In this document: in pieces, positions 18,360 through 26,377 of the stretch | How the letters are laid out: each line of letters opens with the position of its first letter | Numbering within the stretch: position 1 is the first letter of the stretch | Origin: Syntrophobacterales bacterium GWC2_56_13 | GTDB lineage: Bacteria; Desulfobacterota; Syntrophia; Syntrophales; UBA5619 | Assembly (NCBI GenBank): GCA_001830835.1 | Contig: MICJ01000009.1 | Span: forward strand, 1 to 48,818 | Direction: 5' to 3' | DNA length: 48,818 nt | The notes under the pieces: generated by a model | The model's input: the letters and a program-made list of their open reading frames with translations, nothing else | Databases searched by the model: none | What the model was told of the DNA's origin: nothing | Program-made: the position numbers and the translations under genes

Positions 18360-18872
18360 ATGAAAAACAATAGCCTCGGATTGATCGAAACCTGGGGATT
18401 TGTGCCAGCAATCGTTGCTGCAGACGCAGCGAGCAAGGCTGCCTTGGTTTCTCTGCGTGGTTATGAGCTGGCAAGGGCAGGTCTGGTTACAATAAAAGTG
18501 GTCGGTGCTGTGGCTGCAGTCAAAGCGGCGGTTTCAGCAGGGGCAGCAGCGGCAGAAAAGGTTGGCAAGGTGAGTTCTGTGCATGTGATTCCGAGACCAG
18601 ATCGCCAACTGCGGATCAGCCAGCCTGGTCCCAAAGGTCCGGAGAAAACGCAGGAGACAGCGCCACCTTCTGCTCCGCTACCCCTGGAAGAAAGCTTGGC
18701 AGAACCGCCCAAGATCATTGAAGAGGGAGGAACTTCTCGGGTTCCTGTCCCGCCGACAGAATTGCCCGACCATAGAGGTCCCGAAAAGCAAGACGGGAGA
18801 AGCCCAAAAGCTCGGAAACACGCAAGGCCTCAAAAATACAAGCTCAAAGGTCGGGGGAAAAGCGAACCTTAA
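18360..18872 (+). CDS. pduK: BMC-H shell protein with long Pro/Lys-rich tail (PduK-like)
   Basis: SLGLIETWG...VHVIPRP followed by ~90 low-complexity residues; occupies the pduJ/K position. Confidence 0.7.
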   Translation: MKNNSLGLIETWGFVPAIVAADAASKAALVSLRGYELARAGLVTIKVVGAVAAVKAAVSAGAAAAEKVGKVSSVHVIPRPDRQLRISQPGPKGPEKTQETAPPSAPLPLEESLAEPPKIIEEGGTSRVPVPPTELPDHRGPEKQDGRSPKARKHARPQKYKLKGRGKSEP

Positions 18873-18984
18873 ATCTCCTGAATGATGAGAGATTAATGAC
18901 CCGGGGAGGTTTCACTCCCTCACGATGACAGGCGCTTTTGGACTATAAGTCAGTTTACTAAATGAACACAGAAAGGATGTTGTT

Positions 18985-19602
18985 ATGGCGGAGCTCCGTG
19001 CGTATGTCTATTTAGATCGACTTCAACCTCAATTCGCTGCTTACCTTGGGGCCAATGCGCGGGGTTATATCCCCGTGGTCGGCATGGCCTCCATTCTCGT
19101 AGAAATTGCTCCGGGAGTGATCATCAACCAATTAACGGATGCAGCTCTCAAAGCCGCGAACGTTCGCCCTGGTCTCATGGTGGTGGAACGTCATTTTGGA
19201 GTACTCGAGTTTCACTCCAAGGCGCAAGCAGACGTCAAACAAGCGGGCCATGCAGTGCTCACGTCTCTTGGGATGACGGTGGAGGACCGAGTCAAACCGC
19301 AGATTCTTAGTTCTCAAATCATTCATAAAGTCAACGACTATCATGCTCAAATGGTGAACGTCACTCGACTGTGTTCTATGCTCCTGCCGGGACAGGATCT
19401 CTATATTCTCGAGGTCGTACCCGCCGGGTACATCACCCTGGCTGCCAACGAAGCAGAGAAAAACGCCCTGATCACCCTGGTTGACTGCAGATCATATGGC
19501 GCCGTGGGCCGGCTGTACATCGGCGGTAAGGAATCCGATGTCGCCCGTGCCGCGAAAGCCGCGGAAACCTCTATTCTCAATCTCACGGGAAAAGCATCTT
19601 GA
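18985..19602 (+). CDS. BMC-T shell protein of the CcmP/CsoS1D (BMC-Tdp) type
   Basis: ELRAYVYLDRLQPQFAAY, EIAPG, VERHFGVLEFHS, ANEAEK and GAVGRLY. Confidence 0.88.
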   Translation: MAELRAYVYLDRLQPQFAAYLGANARGYIPVVGMASILVEIAPGVIINQLTDAALKAANVRPGLMVVERHFGVLEFHSKAQADVKQAGHAVLTSLGMTVEDRVKPQILSSQIIHKVNDYHAQMVNVTRLCSMLLPGQDLYILEVVPAGYITLAANEAEKNALITLVDCRSYGAVGRLYIGGKESDVARAAKAAETSILNLTGKAS

Positions 19603-19626
19603 TTTGAGCGGAATGGAGATAATTTG

Positions 19627-20487
19627 ATGATCAAAGATTCAGCCAATCAACTCTTATTAGCCTTTGAGTCTTCTCTGGTGCTCAATGGGAACGGACATCG
19701 CTGCGAACCTTTGTTTGCCGGTGTGGACCTGGGGACGGCCTATACCGTTACTGCAGTTGTCGACGCCGCCGGCGCCCCCGTTGCGGGAGCATTGACTCGT
19801 AGCCGATCCAGCGTAAGAGATGGGTTGGTCTTAGATTACGTAAGCGCCATTGGCATTGTTCGTCAACAGGTAAAACTGCTCCACGAAGCCGGCTTCCACA
19901 TTACATCTGCAGCAGCGGCTTATCCTCCCGGCACTACGGGACGAAACGCTCAGACGTTTGCCAACGTGCTGGCGGCTGCGGGTTTACAGGTATCCGGACT
20001 GATCGACGAACCGACTGCGGCTTCTCTCGTACTGGAGATTGCGGATGGAGCGGTGGTGGATATTGGCGGCGGCACCACAGGTATTTCCGTGATTCGGAAT
20101 GGGGAGGTGGTTTACACGGCTGATGAAGCCACCGGCGGGATCCACGTTGACCTTGTGATCGCCGGACACTATAAAATCAGCACCGATGAAGCGGAAAGAA
20201 TGAAGACTGATTCCCAGCAGCAATCAACCCTCTTTCCCCTGGTACGACCAGTGTTCCAAAAAATGGCCAGCATCGTGCGCCATCATTTGCAGCAACACCC
20301 GGTAGTCTCTCTTTATCTGGTCGGCGGTACGAGTTGTTTCCCGGGAATCGAACAGGTGATGGAAATGGAGACAGGCCTCTCTGTGGAAAGACCGGTTACC
20401 CCTCTGTTGGTCACTCCTTTGGGCATTGCGTTGAGTTGCCTGAAAACCGAGAGGAAAGAATCAGGCCGGATGGGAAAAACCCGATGA
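19627..20487 (+). CDS. eutJ: EutJ-like actin/Hsp70-fold protein
   Basis: GVDLGTA, VRDGLVLDY, DEPTAA, DIGGGTTG and LVTPLGIA. Confidence 0.9.
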   Translation: MIKDSANQLLLAFESSLVLNGNGHRCEPLFAGVDLGTAYTVTAVVDAAGAPVAGALTRSRSSVRDGLVLDYVSAIGIVRQQVKLLHEAGFHITSAAAAYPPGTTGRNAQTFANVLAAAGLQVSGLIDEPTAASLVLEIADGAVVDIGGGTTGISVIRNGEVVYTADEATGGIHVDLVIAGHYKISTDEAERMKTDSQQQSTLFPLVRPVFQKMASIVRHHLQQHPVVSLYLVGGTSCFPGIEQVMEMETGLSVERPVTPLLVTPLGIALSCLKTERKESGRMGKTR

Positions 20488-21302
20488 TCCAAGAAGAACA
20501 GATCCGGGATATCATCGTGAAGGTCATTCACAGACTGGCCCAGCGCCTGGGTGCGCTCGGCGACAAAGGCGAGCTTATGGTTGTCTTCACTGCCGCCACG
20601 GTGGGGTTTCGCGAGGCCGTCCAGCAAGTCCGCGATCTCATTTTGGATGGATTTCAGGTCCGGCTGGCTTTTTCTCCGGCGGCGGAGCGCCTCATCTCCT
20701 CGGGGATTAAGCAGCAATTGGATGGTTTTCCCCATGTGAGCATGGTTGAACCTGCGACATGGCTGTCTTTCTTGAAGGACGCCCGTGCTGTTGTGGTACC
20801 GTTGCTTAGCCTCAACACGCTTTCAAAGTTATCCATGTTGATCGCGGATAACACGGCTACGAATATCATCCTGCATGCGCTCCTCATGGGGAAACCCGTG
20901 GTTGTGGCCCGAAATGGTGCAGATCCCAGTGATAAGGGAAGGGTGGAACTCGGGTTCCATAAAGGAAAAGCGGCACTGAAGCAGGCCATAGCGCAGCGCC
21001 TGCAAACGGTAGAGGACTATGGCTGCATCTCAACCGATATACGACAACTTAGAAACACCGTGAAATTTATGCTGATTAGTGAAGAAGCCCCAGACGTTAA
21101 ACAACGGGAGATCACATCTGCCTCTCCTGTGCCAACTCTTAGCATTTCTAAACGGTTCGTAACCGCCAATGAGGTGCTTCATGCGTGGCGAAGAGGAGCG
21201 AATCTGAACGTCGGATATGCATCCGGAATGACTCCCTTGGCTCAGGACTTGGCCAGACGGTATGGGGTTGTCCTCACGACAGATAACGACGGAGCTAGCT
21301 AA
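20484..21302 (+). CDS. BMC-associated flavoprotein-domain protein with N-terminal encapsulation peptide
   Basis: LSLNTLSKLSMLIADN...ALLMGKPVV and C-terminal MTPLAQDLA; N-terminus EEQIRDIIVKVIHRL. Confidence 0.75.
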   Translation: MIQEEQIRDIIVKVIHRLAQRLGALGDKGELMVVFTAATVGFREAVQQVRDLILDGFQVRLAFSPAAERLISSGIKQQLDGFPHVSMVEPATWLSFLKDARAVVVPLLSLNTLSKLSMLIADNTATNIILHALLMGKPVVVARNGADPSDKGRVELGFHKGKAALKQAIAQRLQTVEDYGCISTDIRQLRNTVKFMLISEEAPDVKQREITSASPVPTLSISKRFVTANEVLHAWRRGANLNVGYASGMTPLAQDLARRYGVVLTTDNDGAS

Positions 21303-21321
21303 CATAGAAAGGGTACTTATA

Positions 21322-21600
21322 ATGCTGATTGCTAAAGTGATCGGGACTCTCGTCGCCACACGCAAACACGAACGCCTCGTGGGAAGCAAGATACAAATTG
21401 TTCAGCCTCTGGATCATGAAGGGTTGGTCCCTAAGGGTGATCCTTTCGTGGCCGTGGATGCTGTTGGGGCCGGCGTCGGCGAGCGCGTCATCTTGGTAAG
21501 GGGAAGTGGCGCCCGTAAAGCTGTAGATGACGATCAGTGTCCGGTGGATGCTACGATCATTGGCATCATTGATCGCATTGACATTGAAGAAGTCAACTGA
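21322..21600 (+). CDS. pduN: BMC-P vertex pentamer (PduN/EutN/CcmL)
   Basis: AKVIGTLVATRK, AVDAVGAGVGE, GSGAR and PVDATIIGIID. Confidence 0.95.
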   Translation: MLIAKVIGTLVATRKHERLVGSKIQIVQPLDHEGLVPKGDPFVAVDAVGAGVGERVILVRGSGARKAVDDDQCPVDATIIGIIDRIDIEEVN

Positions 21601-21618
21601 CGGTGAAGCTGACTACTG

Positions 21619-22212
21619 ATGGCTGAAGTCTTGCGAAAAATCTACACCCGTTTCGGCGACCGAGGGCAGACGAAACTCTTGAGCGGAGAGACTGTCGAAA
21701 AGGACGACCTCCGTGTGAACACGTATGGGGCGCTCGATGAACTCCAATCTCACCTCGGAATGGCTCGAAGCCTTATTCAGGAAGAATCTGTGCGATCTAT
21801 CCTTCGTGCTATTCAAAAAGATCTATTTATGGCTGGTGCGGAGTTGGCTTCGACGCCGGAGCGGATTTCTCAACTTGGAAATCGCATCACCACAAAGGAT
21901 GTGAACAAGCTGGAGGACTGGATTGATCAGATGACTGACTGGTTCGGCATGCCCGACGGTTTTATCATTCCAGGTGATTGTCCGGAAAGCGCTGCGCTCC
22001 ATCTAACTCGCTCCGTGTGCCGCCGGATCGAGCGTCTGATCGTAAGCCTCAATCGCAGCACCGGAACATACGAGGAATTGATCGTTTATATCAATCGATT
22101 AAGTGACCTGCTCTTCGTTCTGGCATGGTCAACGGCAGTCGCAGTTGCCATTAAAAAAGTTTTGGATGAGTTGATGGCTGTTTCGAGATCGCCAGCCAAA
22201 GGAAGGCATTGA
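21619..22212 (+). CDS. pduO: PduO-type cob(I)alamin adenosyltransferase (N-terminal domain)
   Basis: KIYTRFGDRGQT, YGALDEL, RSVCRRIER and YINRLSDLLF. Confidence 0.93.
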   Translation: MAEVLRKIYTRFGDRGQTKLLSGETVEKDDLRVNTYGALDELQSHLGMARSLIQEESVRSILRAIQKDLFMAGAELASTPERISQLGNRITTKDVNKLEDWIDQMTDWFGMPDGFIIPGDCPESAALHLTRSVCRRIERLIVSLNRSTGTYEELIVYINRLSDLLFVLAWSTAVAVAIKKVLDELMAVSRSPAKGRH

Positions 22213-22215
22213 CCC

Positions 22216-22797
22216 GTGAAGCTTCCCTTTCCTTTATCGCGCATATTGGCTTCCCTTGCAGAAAGCGCCGCCGCGGATATGGGACTTGCCATGGCCGTAG
22301 CCATCGTGGACCACGAAGGCCTCTTGCAGTACTTTGCGCGCATGGAGGGCGCCTTGCCGGCAAGCACGGAAATCGCCATTTCCAAAGCTTATACAGCGGC
22401 AGCTTTGCGCATGTCGACCCGCGAAGTGGGACAAATGGCGCTCCCAGGTCATCCACTTTACGGGATTCAACATACTCATGCCGGAAAGATCGTCCTCTTT
22501 GGTGGCGGCTTCCCCCTGAAGTTGCGAGGACAAGTGGCGGGTGGGATTGGAATCAGCGGTGGAAGCGTCGAAGAAGATGAGCGGGTAGCATGGGCGGTAC
22601 TGGATACCCTTGGTGAAGTGGAATGTCTGGCGGAATCGATCAAGCCCCTTCTTCGAGGGAAACCTCTGGGGACAAACTGGATGTCCTACCTGGAAAGATG
22701 TCTGGAGAAGGCTTTTCTCAAAGAAGGTTGTTTGATCACTCATGAATTTATTTCCATTCTTGCTGCGGCTTTTATCATAGCTTCTGATGACCATTAG
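22216..22797 (+). CDS. PduO C-terminal/GlcG-HbpS heme-binding domain protein
   Basis: VAIVDHEG..RMEGA..AISKAYTA and FGGGFPL...GGIGISGG. In frame with pduO; GTG start after GGAAGG. Confidence 0.88.
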   Translation: MKLPFPLSRILASLAESAAADMGLAMAVAIVDHEGLLQYFARMEGALPASTEIAISKAYTAAALRMSTREVGQMALPGHPLYGIQHTHAGKIVLFGGGFPLKLRGQVAGGIGISGGSVEEDERVAWAVLDTLGEVECLAESIKPLLRGKPLGTNWMSYLERCLEKAFLKEGCLITHEFISILAAAFIIASDDH

Positions 22798-22931
22798 TTG
22801 ATGTCTATCGACAGTTCGTATTAGGAATGGGACAATGATGAGGATAGAGGGGGGAAAGAAAAGCGCTTTGCGGATAAAGGTCCGGCCCTATCGGTCAGTG
22901 GCTTTAAAATTGTGTGAAAGGAGGCATGGCA

Positions 22932-24329
22932 GTGGAAACCAACCACGAACTCATCTTAACTGTGGTCAAAAAAGTATTGTCGGAAATGATCGAGGAGAAG
23001 ATCGTCCAGGCCGAAGGTCCCACAGGTATTTTTGAGACTGTTGATCAAGCGGTGGAAAATGCCGTTGCAGCGCAAAAGAGACTGTTAGCGCTGCCTTTGC
23101 GCCATCGGGATAAAATCATCGCTGCTATCCGGCAGGCCGCTTTGGATCATAATGAAACGATTTCTGCTTTAGCGGTGAAAGAATCAGGACTTGGTCGCTA
23201 TGAGGACAAGCTCCGGGAAAATATCCTATGCGCCACCAAAACCCCGGGTACTGAAGACATCGAACCTCGCGCTTACAGCGGAGATGACGGTCTGACCTTG
23301 ATCGAATATGCTCCTCGTGGGGTTATCGGGTCATTGACTCCTATTACCAACCCCACCGGTACAGTCATCAATAACGCCATCAGCATGGTGGCGGCCGGTA
23401 ACGCTGTGGTTTTTAACCCTCACCCCACTGCACGCGAGACCAGTATTAAGACCATTCGAATCCTTCACGAAGCCATTGTTCGCGCGGGAGGTCCTCCGGG
23501 TTTGATATCATCCGTGCCGAAGCCCGATCTTACTACAGCCAAACAACTCATCGAACACCCCAAAATCAACATGTTGGTGGCTACAGGAGGTCGGCCCGTA
23601 GTCGATGTCGTCCTTCGTTCAGGCAAGAAGGCCATCGGAGCCGGCGCTGGAAATCCTCCGGTACTGGTGGATGAAACCGCCAACATCCGCAGGGCCGCCG
23701 CTTCCATCATTGACGGTGCGAGCATCAACAACAACATCTTTTGTACCTGCGAAAAAGAAGTGATTGTGGTCAGCGCGGTTGCTGATGCACTGATCAGCTT
23801 TATGATGGAGACGGGAAAGGCCTATCTGTTGACGCCGGCGCAGGCTGAGCAGGTAATCAAGCTTATCGTAACGCCGGAGGGGAAGATCAACACGGCCTAC
23901 ATCGGCAAGGACGTACAGGTGATCTTAAAGGAAATCGGGATTAACGTGGGAGAAGAGTGCCGATTGGCCATTTTTGAAGCCGAAAAAAACCACCCGCTCG
24001 TTTGGTTGGAACAAATGATGCCTGTTATGCCGATCGTACGCGTCAGAGACGTCAGTGAGGGGATTGATTTTGCCGTACAGGTGGAACAGGGGAATCGTCA
24101 TACAGCCATTATGCACTCGAATCATGTAGAACACATGACCGCATTTGCGCGGGCGGTGCAAACAACCATTTTTGTAAAAAATGGACCTTCCTATGCAGGT
24201 ATCGGTCTCGGAGGGGAGGGACATACCTCTTTTACAATTGCAGGGCCAACGGGAGAAGGATTGACTTCGGCCAGAACTTTCACTCGGATCCGGCGCTGTA
24301 CGTTGGTTGACGCGTTTCGCATTATCTAA
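22932..24329 (+). CDS. pduP: CoA-acylating aldehyde dehydrogenase with encapsulation peptide
   Basis: KTPGTEDI, PITNPT, GAGAGNPP, catalytic NNIFCTCEKE and TIAGPTGEG. GTG 22932 fits the AAGGAGG spacing; ATG 22926 is an alternative. Confidence 0.94.
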   Translation: METNHELILTVVKKVLSEMIEEKIVQAEGPTGIFETVDQAVENAVAAQKRLLALPLRHRDKIIAAIRQAALDHNETISALAVKESGLGRYEDKLRENILCATKTPGTEDIEPRAYSGDDGLTLIEYAPRGVIGSLTPITNPTGTVINNAISMVAAGNAVVFNPHPTARETSIKTIRILHEAIVRAGGPPGLISSVPKPDLTTAKQLIEHPKINMLVATGGRPVVDVVLRSGKKAIGAGAGNPPVLVDETANIRRAAASIIDGASINNNIFCTCEKEVIVVSAVADALISFMMETGKAYLLTPAQAEQVIKLIVTPEGKINTAYIGKDVQVILKEIGINVGEECRLAIFEAEKNHPLVWLEQMMPVMPIVRVRDVSEGIDFAVQVEQGNRHTAIMHSNHVEHMTAFARAVQTTIFVKNGPSYAGIGLGGEGHTSFTIAGPTGEGLTSARTFTRIRRCTLVDAFRII

Positions 24330-24509
24330 TTGCAAGGTTTGAAATTCCCTGAGGAGCGTCAGCCGTGGGCATCGAAATCAATTGAAATGTCATCATCGTT
24401 GACGCCCCCGTAAAAGTCACGCGACTGCAAGCGGTTTTGCGGTCATGAAATCTCACCGCCACGATGCGGTCATTGAAATACGGCGGGTTTCACGGAAGCA
24501 TTCGGTCCT

Positions 24510-25829
24510 ATGAGTTTGGCTGAACAAGTAAAACAAGCCGGCGTGGTTGGCGCAGGCGGTGGCGGCTTCCCCGCACACATCAAGGTGGCGGGCAAAGCCG
24601 ACACCGTTATTGCGAACGGCGCCGAGTGTGAACCCTTATTGTACAAGGATGCCGCCGTCATGGAGCATAGAGTGGAGGAGGTGGTGGCGGGCTTGCAGTT
24701 GGTCATGGACGCCGTCGGCGCCAGGAACGGCATCATCGGCATCAAAGCCAAAAAGAAGCGCGCCGTCGAAGCCATCCGAGACGCTTGCCAGGGCACATCT
24801 TTGCGCATGCATCTGCTCGGTGATTATTACCCCGCCGGCGACGAATACGAACTGGTCAACGCAGTGACCGGCCGGCTGATTCCGCCGCAGGGTATTCCTC
24901 TGCAGATCGGTGTCGTCGTAAGCAACGTCGAGACGCTGGCGAACATTGCAGCCGCAGCCCGAGGTGTGCCGGTTACCCGGAAGACGATCACCCTGGCGGG
25001 GGCAGTGAAAAATCCAGTGACGATCACTGTGCCGATCGGCACAACGTTCCGCGAGGCGATTGAAGCTGCCGGCGGTCTGACTACCGGCGACCCCGTGTTG
25101 TGCGTCGGCGGATTGATGATGGGCCAGACCACCGACGACCTGGACACACCCATCGTCAAGACCTCGAGCGGTGCGGTGATCCTGCCGCGCAGCCATTTTG
25201 TCATCGAGCGCAAGCTCAAGCCCGACCCGCTCAAATCGCGCATCGGCAAGTCAGCCTGCGACCAATGCCGCTACTGCACCGAGTTATGTCCGCGTTACCT
25301 GCTCGGCTACGCGGTCGAACCGCACCAGGTCATGCGCAGCCTGGCATTCACCGCTACCGACAAGAGTTACTGGAACCAGATGGCAGTAAACTGCTGCGCG
25401 TGCGGGCTTTGCACGCTCTATGCCTGCCCCGAATCACTTTTCCCGAAGGAAGCTTGTGATGCGTCGAAAACCGAAATGCGAGCCGCGAACATCAGATGGA
25501 CCGGCGCGGCGCCGACCAGACCGCATCCGCTGCACGACGGCCGGCGCGTGCCGATCAAGATGTTGATGAAGAAATTTGCCCTTGAGAAATACGATGTGCC
25601 CGCGCCGTGGCAGGACATCGCCGTCACACCGCGTCAAGTCATTCTGCCGCTGAAACAAGCGGCCGGCGCGCCGAACAAGCCAATTGTGAAAAAAGGCGAC
25701 GAGATCACGGTCGGGCAGCCGTTGGGCGAGATTTCCGACAAGGACCTGGGCGCGATCATCCATGCGCCGATAGCCGGGATCGTCGCCGAGGTCACCGATG
25801 ACCTCATTATTTTGACGAGGCAAGCATGA
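24510..25829 (+). CDS. pduS: PduS/RnfC-like flavin Fe-S oxidoreductase
   Basis: GVVGAGGGGFP, NGAECEP, YPAGDE, CDQCRYCTELCP and CCACGLCTLYACP. Confidence 0.92.
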   Translation: MSLAEQVKQAGVVGAGGGGFPAHIKVAGKADTVIANGAECEPLLYKDAAVMEHRVEEVVAGLQLVMDAVGARNGIIGIKAKKKRAVEAIRDACQGTSLRMHLLGDYYPAGDEYELVNAVTGRLIPPQGIPLQIGVVVSNVETLANIAAAARGVPVTRKTITLAGAVKNPVTITVPIGTTFREAIEAAGGLTTGDPVLCVGGLMMGQTTDDLDTPIVKTSSGAVILPRSHFVIERKLKPDPLKSRIGKSACDQCRYCTELCPRYLLGYAVEPHQVMRSLAFTATDKSYWNQMAVNCCACGLCTLYACPESLFPKEACDASKTEMRAANIRWTGAAPTRPHPLHDGRRVPIKMLMKKFALEKYDVPAPWQDIAVTPRQVILPLKQAAGAPNKPIVKKGDEITVGQPLGEISDKDLGAIIHAPIAGIVAEVTDDLIILTRQA

Positions 25830-26377
25830 ACGGGAAATCCATTGGTTTGATTGAACTCTCCAGCATCGCCGCCGGCTTTGCCGTAGCCGACGCGATGCTG
25901 AAAGCGGCCGACATCCAGCTCATCCTGTCGCGCAGCATTTGCTCCGGCAAATACATGGTGTTGATCGGCGGCGCGGTCGGCGCCGTGCAGCGCGCAGTAG
26001 AGGCGGGTGTCATCGAGGCAAACGGGTGTATTATCGATAAATTCATCATTTCGAACGTTCACGCCGACGTCTTCGCCGCTCTTGGCCGTTCGCAAGTGCC
26101 GGAACAGGTTGGTGCGCTGGGAATTGTAGAATCATTCAGCGTTGCCTCATTGCTGGAGGGGGCTGACGCCGCAGCTAAGGCTGCAAATGTGACGCTGTTG
26201 GAAATCCGCCTGGCAATGGCCCTCGGCGGCAAGGCATACTTTACGATGACCGGCGACGTCGCCGCAGTTCAATCGGCCGCGCATGCGGCCAAGCTCGTGA
26301 TCGCCGAACGCGGCCTGCTGGTCAACTCTGTCGTCATTTCTCGGCCCCATCCCGACGTCTATCGCGAAGTGGTGTAG
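25826..26377 (+). CDS. pduT: BMC-T shell protein PduT
   Basis: Tandem BMC domains with the Fe-S ligand ICSGKY; coupled to pduS. Confidence 0.92.
   Translation: MNGKSIGLIELSSIAAGFAVADAMLKAADIQLILSRSICSGKYMVLIGGAVGAVQRAVEAGVIEANGCIIDKFIISNVHADVFAALGRSQVPEQVGALGIVESFSVASLLEGADAAAKAANVTLLEIRLAMALGGKAYFTMTGDVAAVQSAAHAAKLVIAERGLLVNSVVISRPHPDVYREVV

Noticed and set aside
22210..22212. Selenocysteine at the pduO TGA
   Set aside because: It lies in a non-catalytic linker, not at a Cys position, and no convincing SECIS follows.
24399..24419. MITE-like end TTGACGCCCCCGTAAAAGTCA
   Set aside because: Only a single short degenerate match, with no partner end visible.
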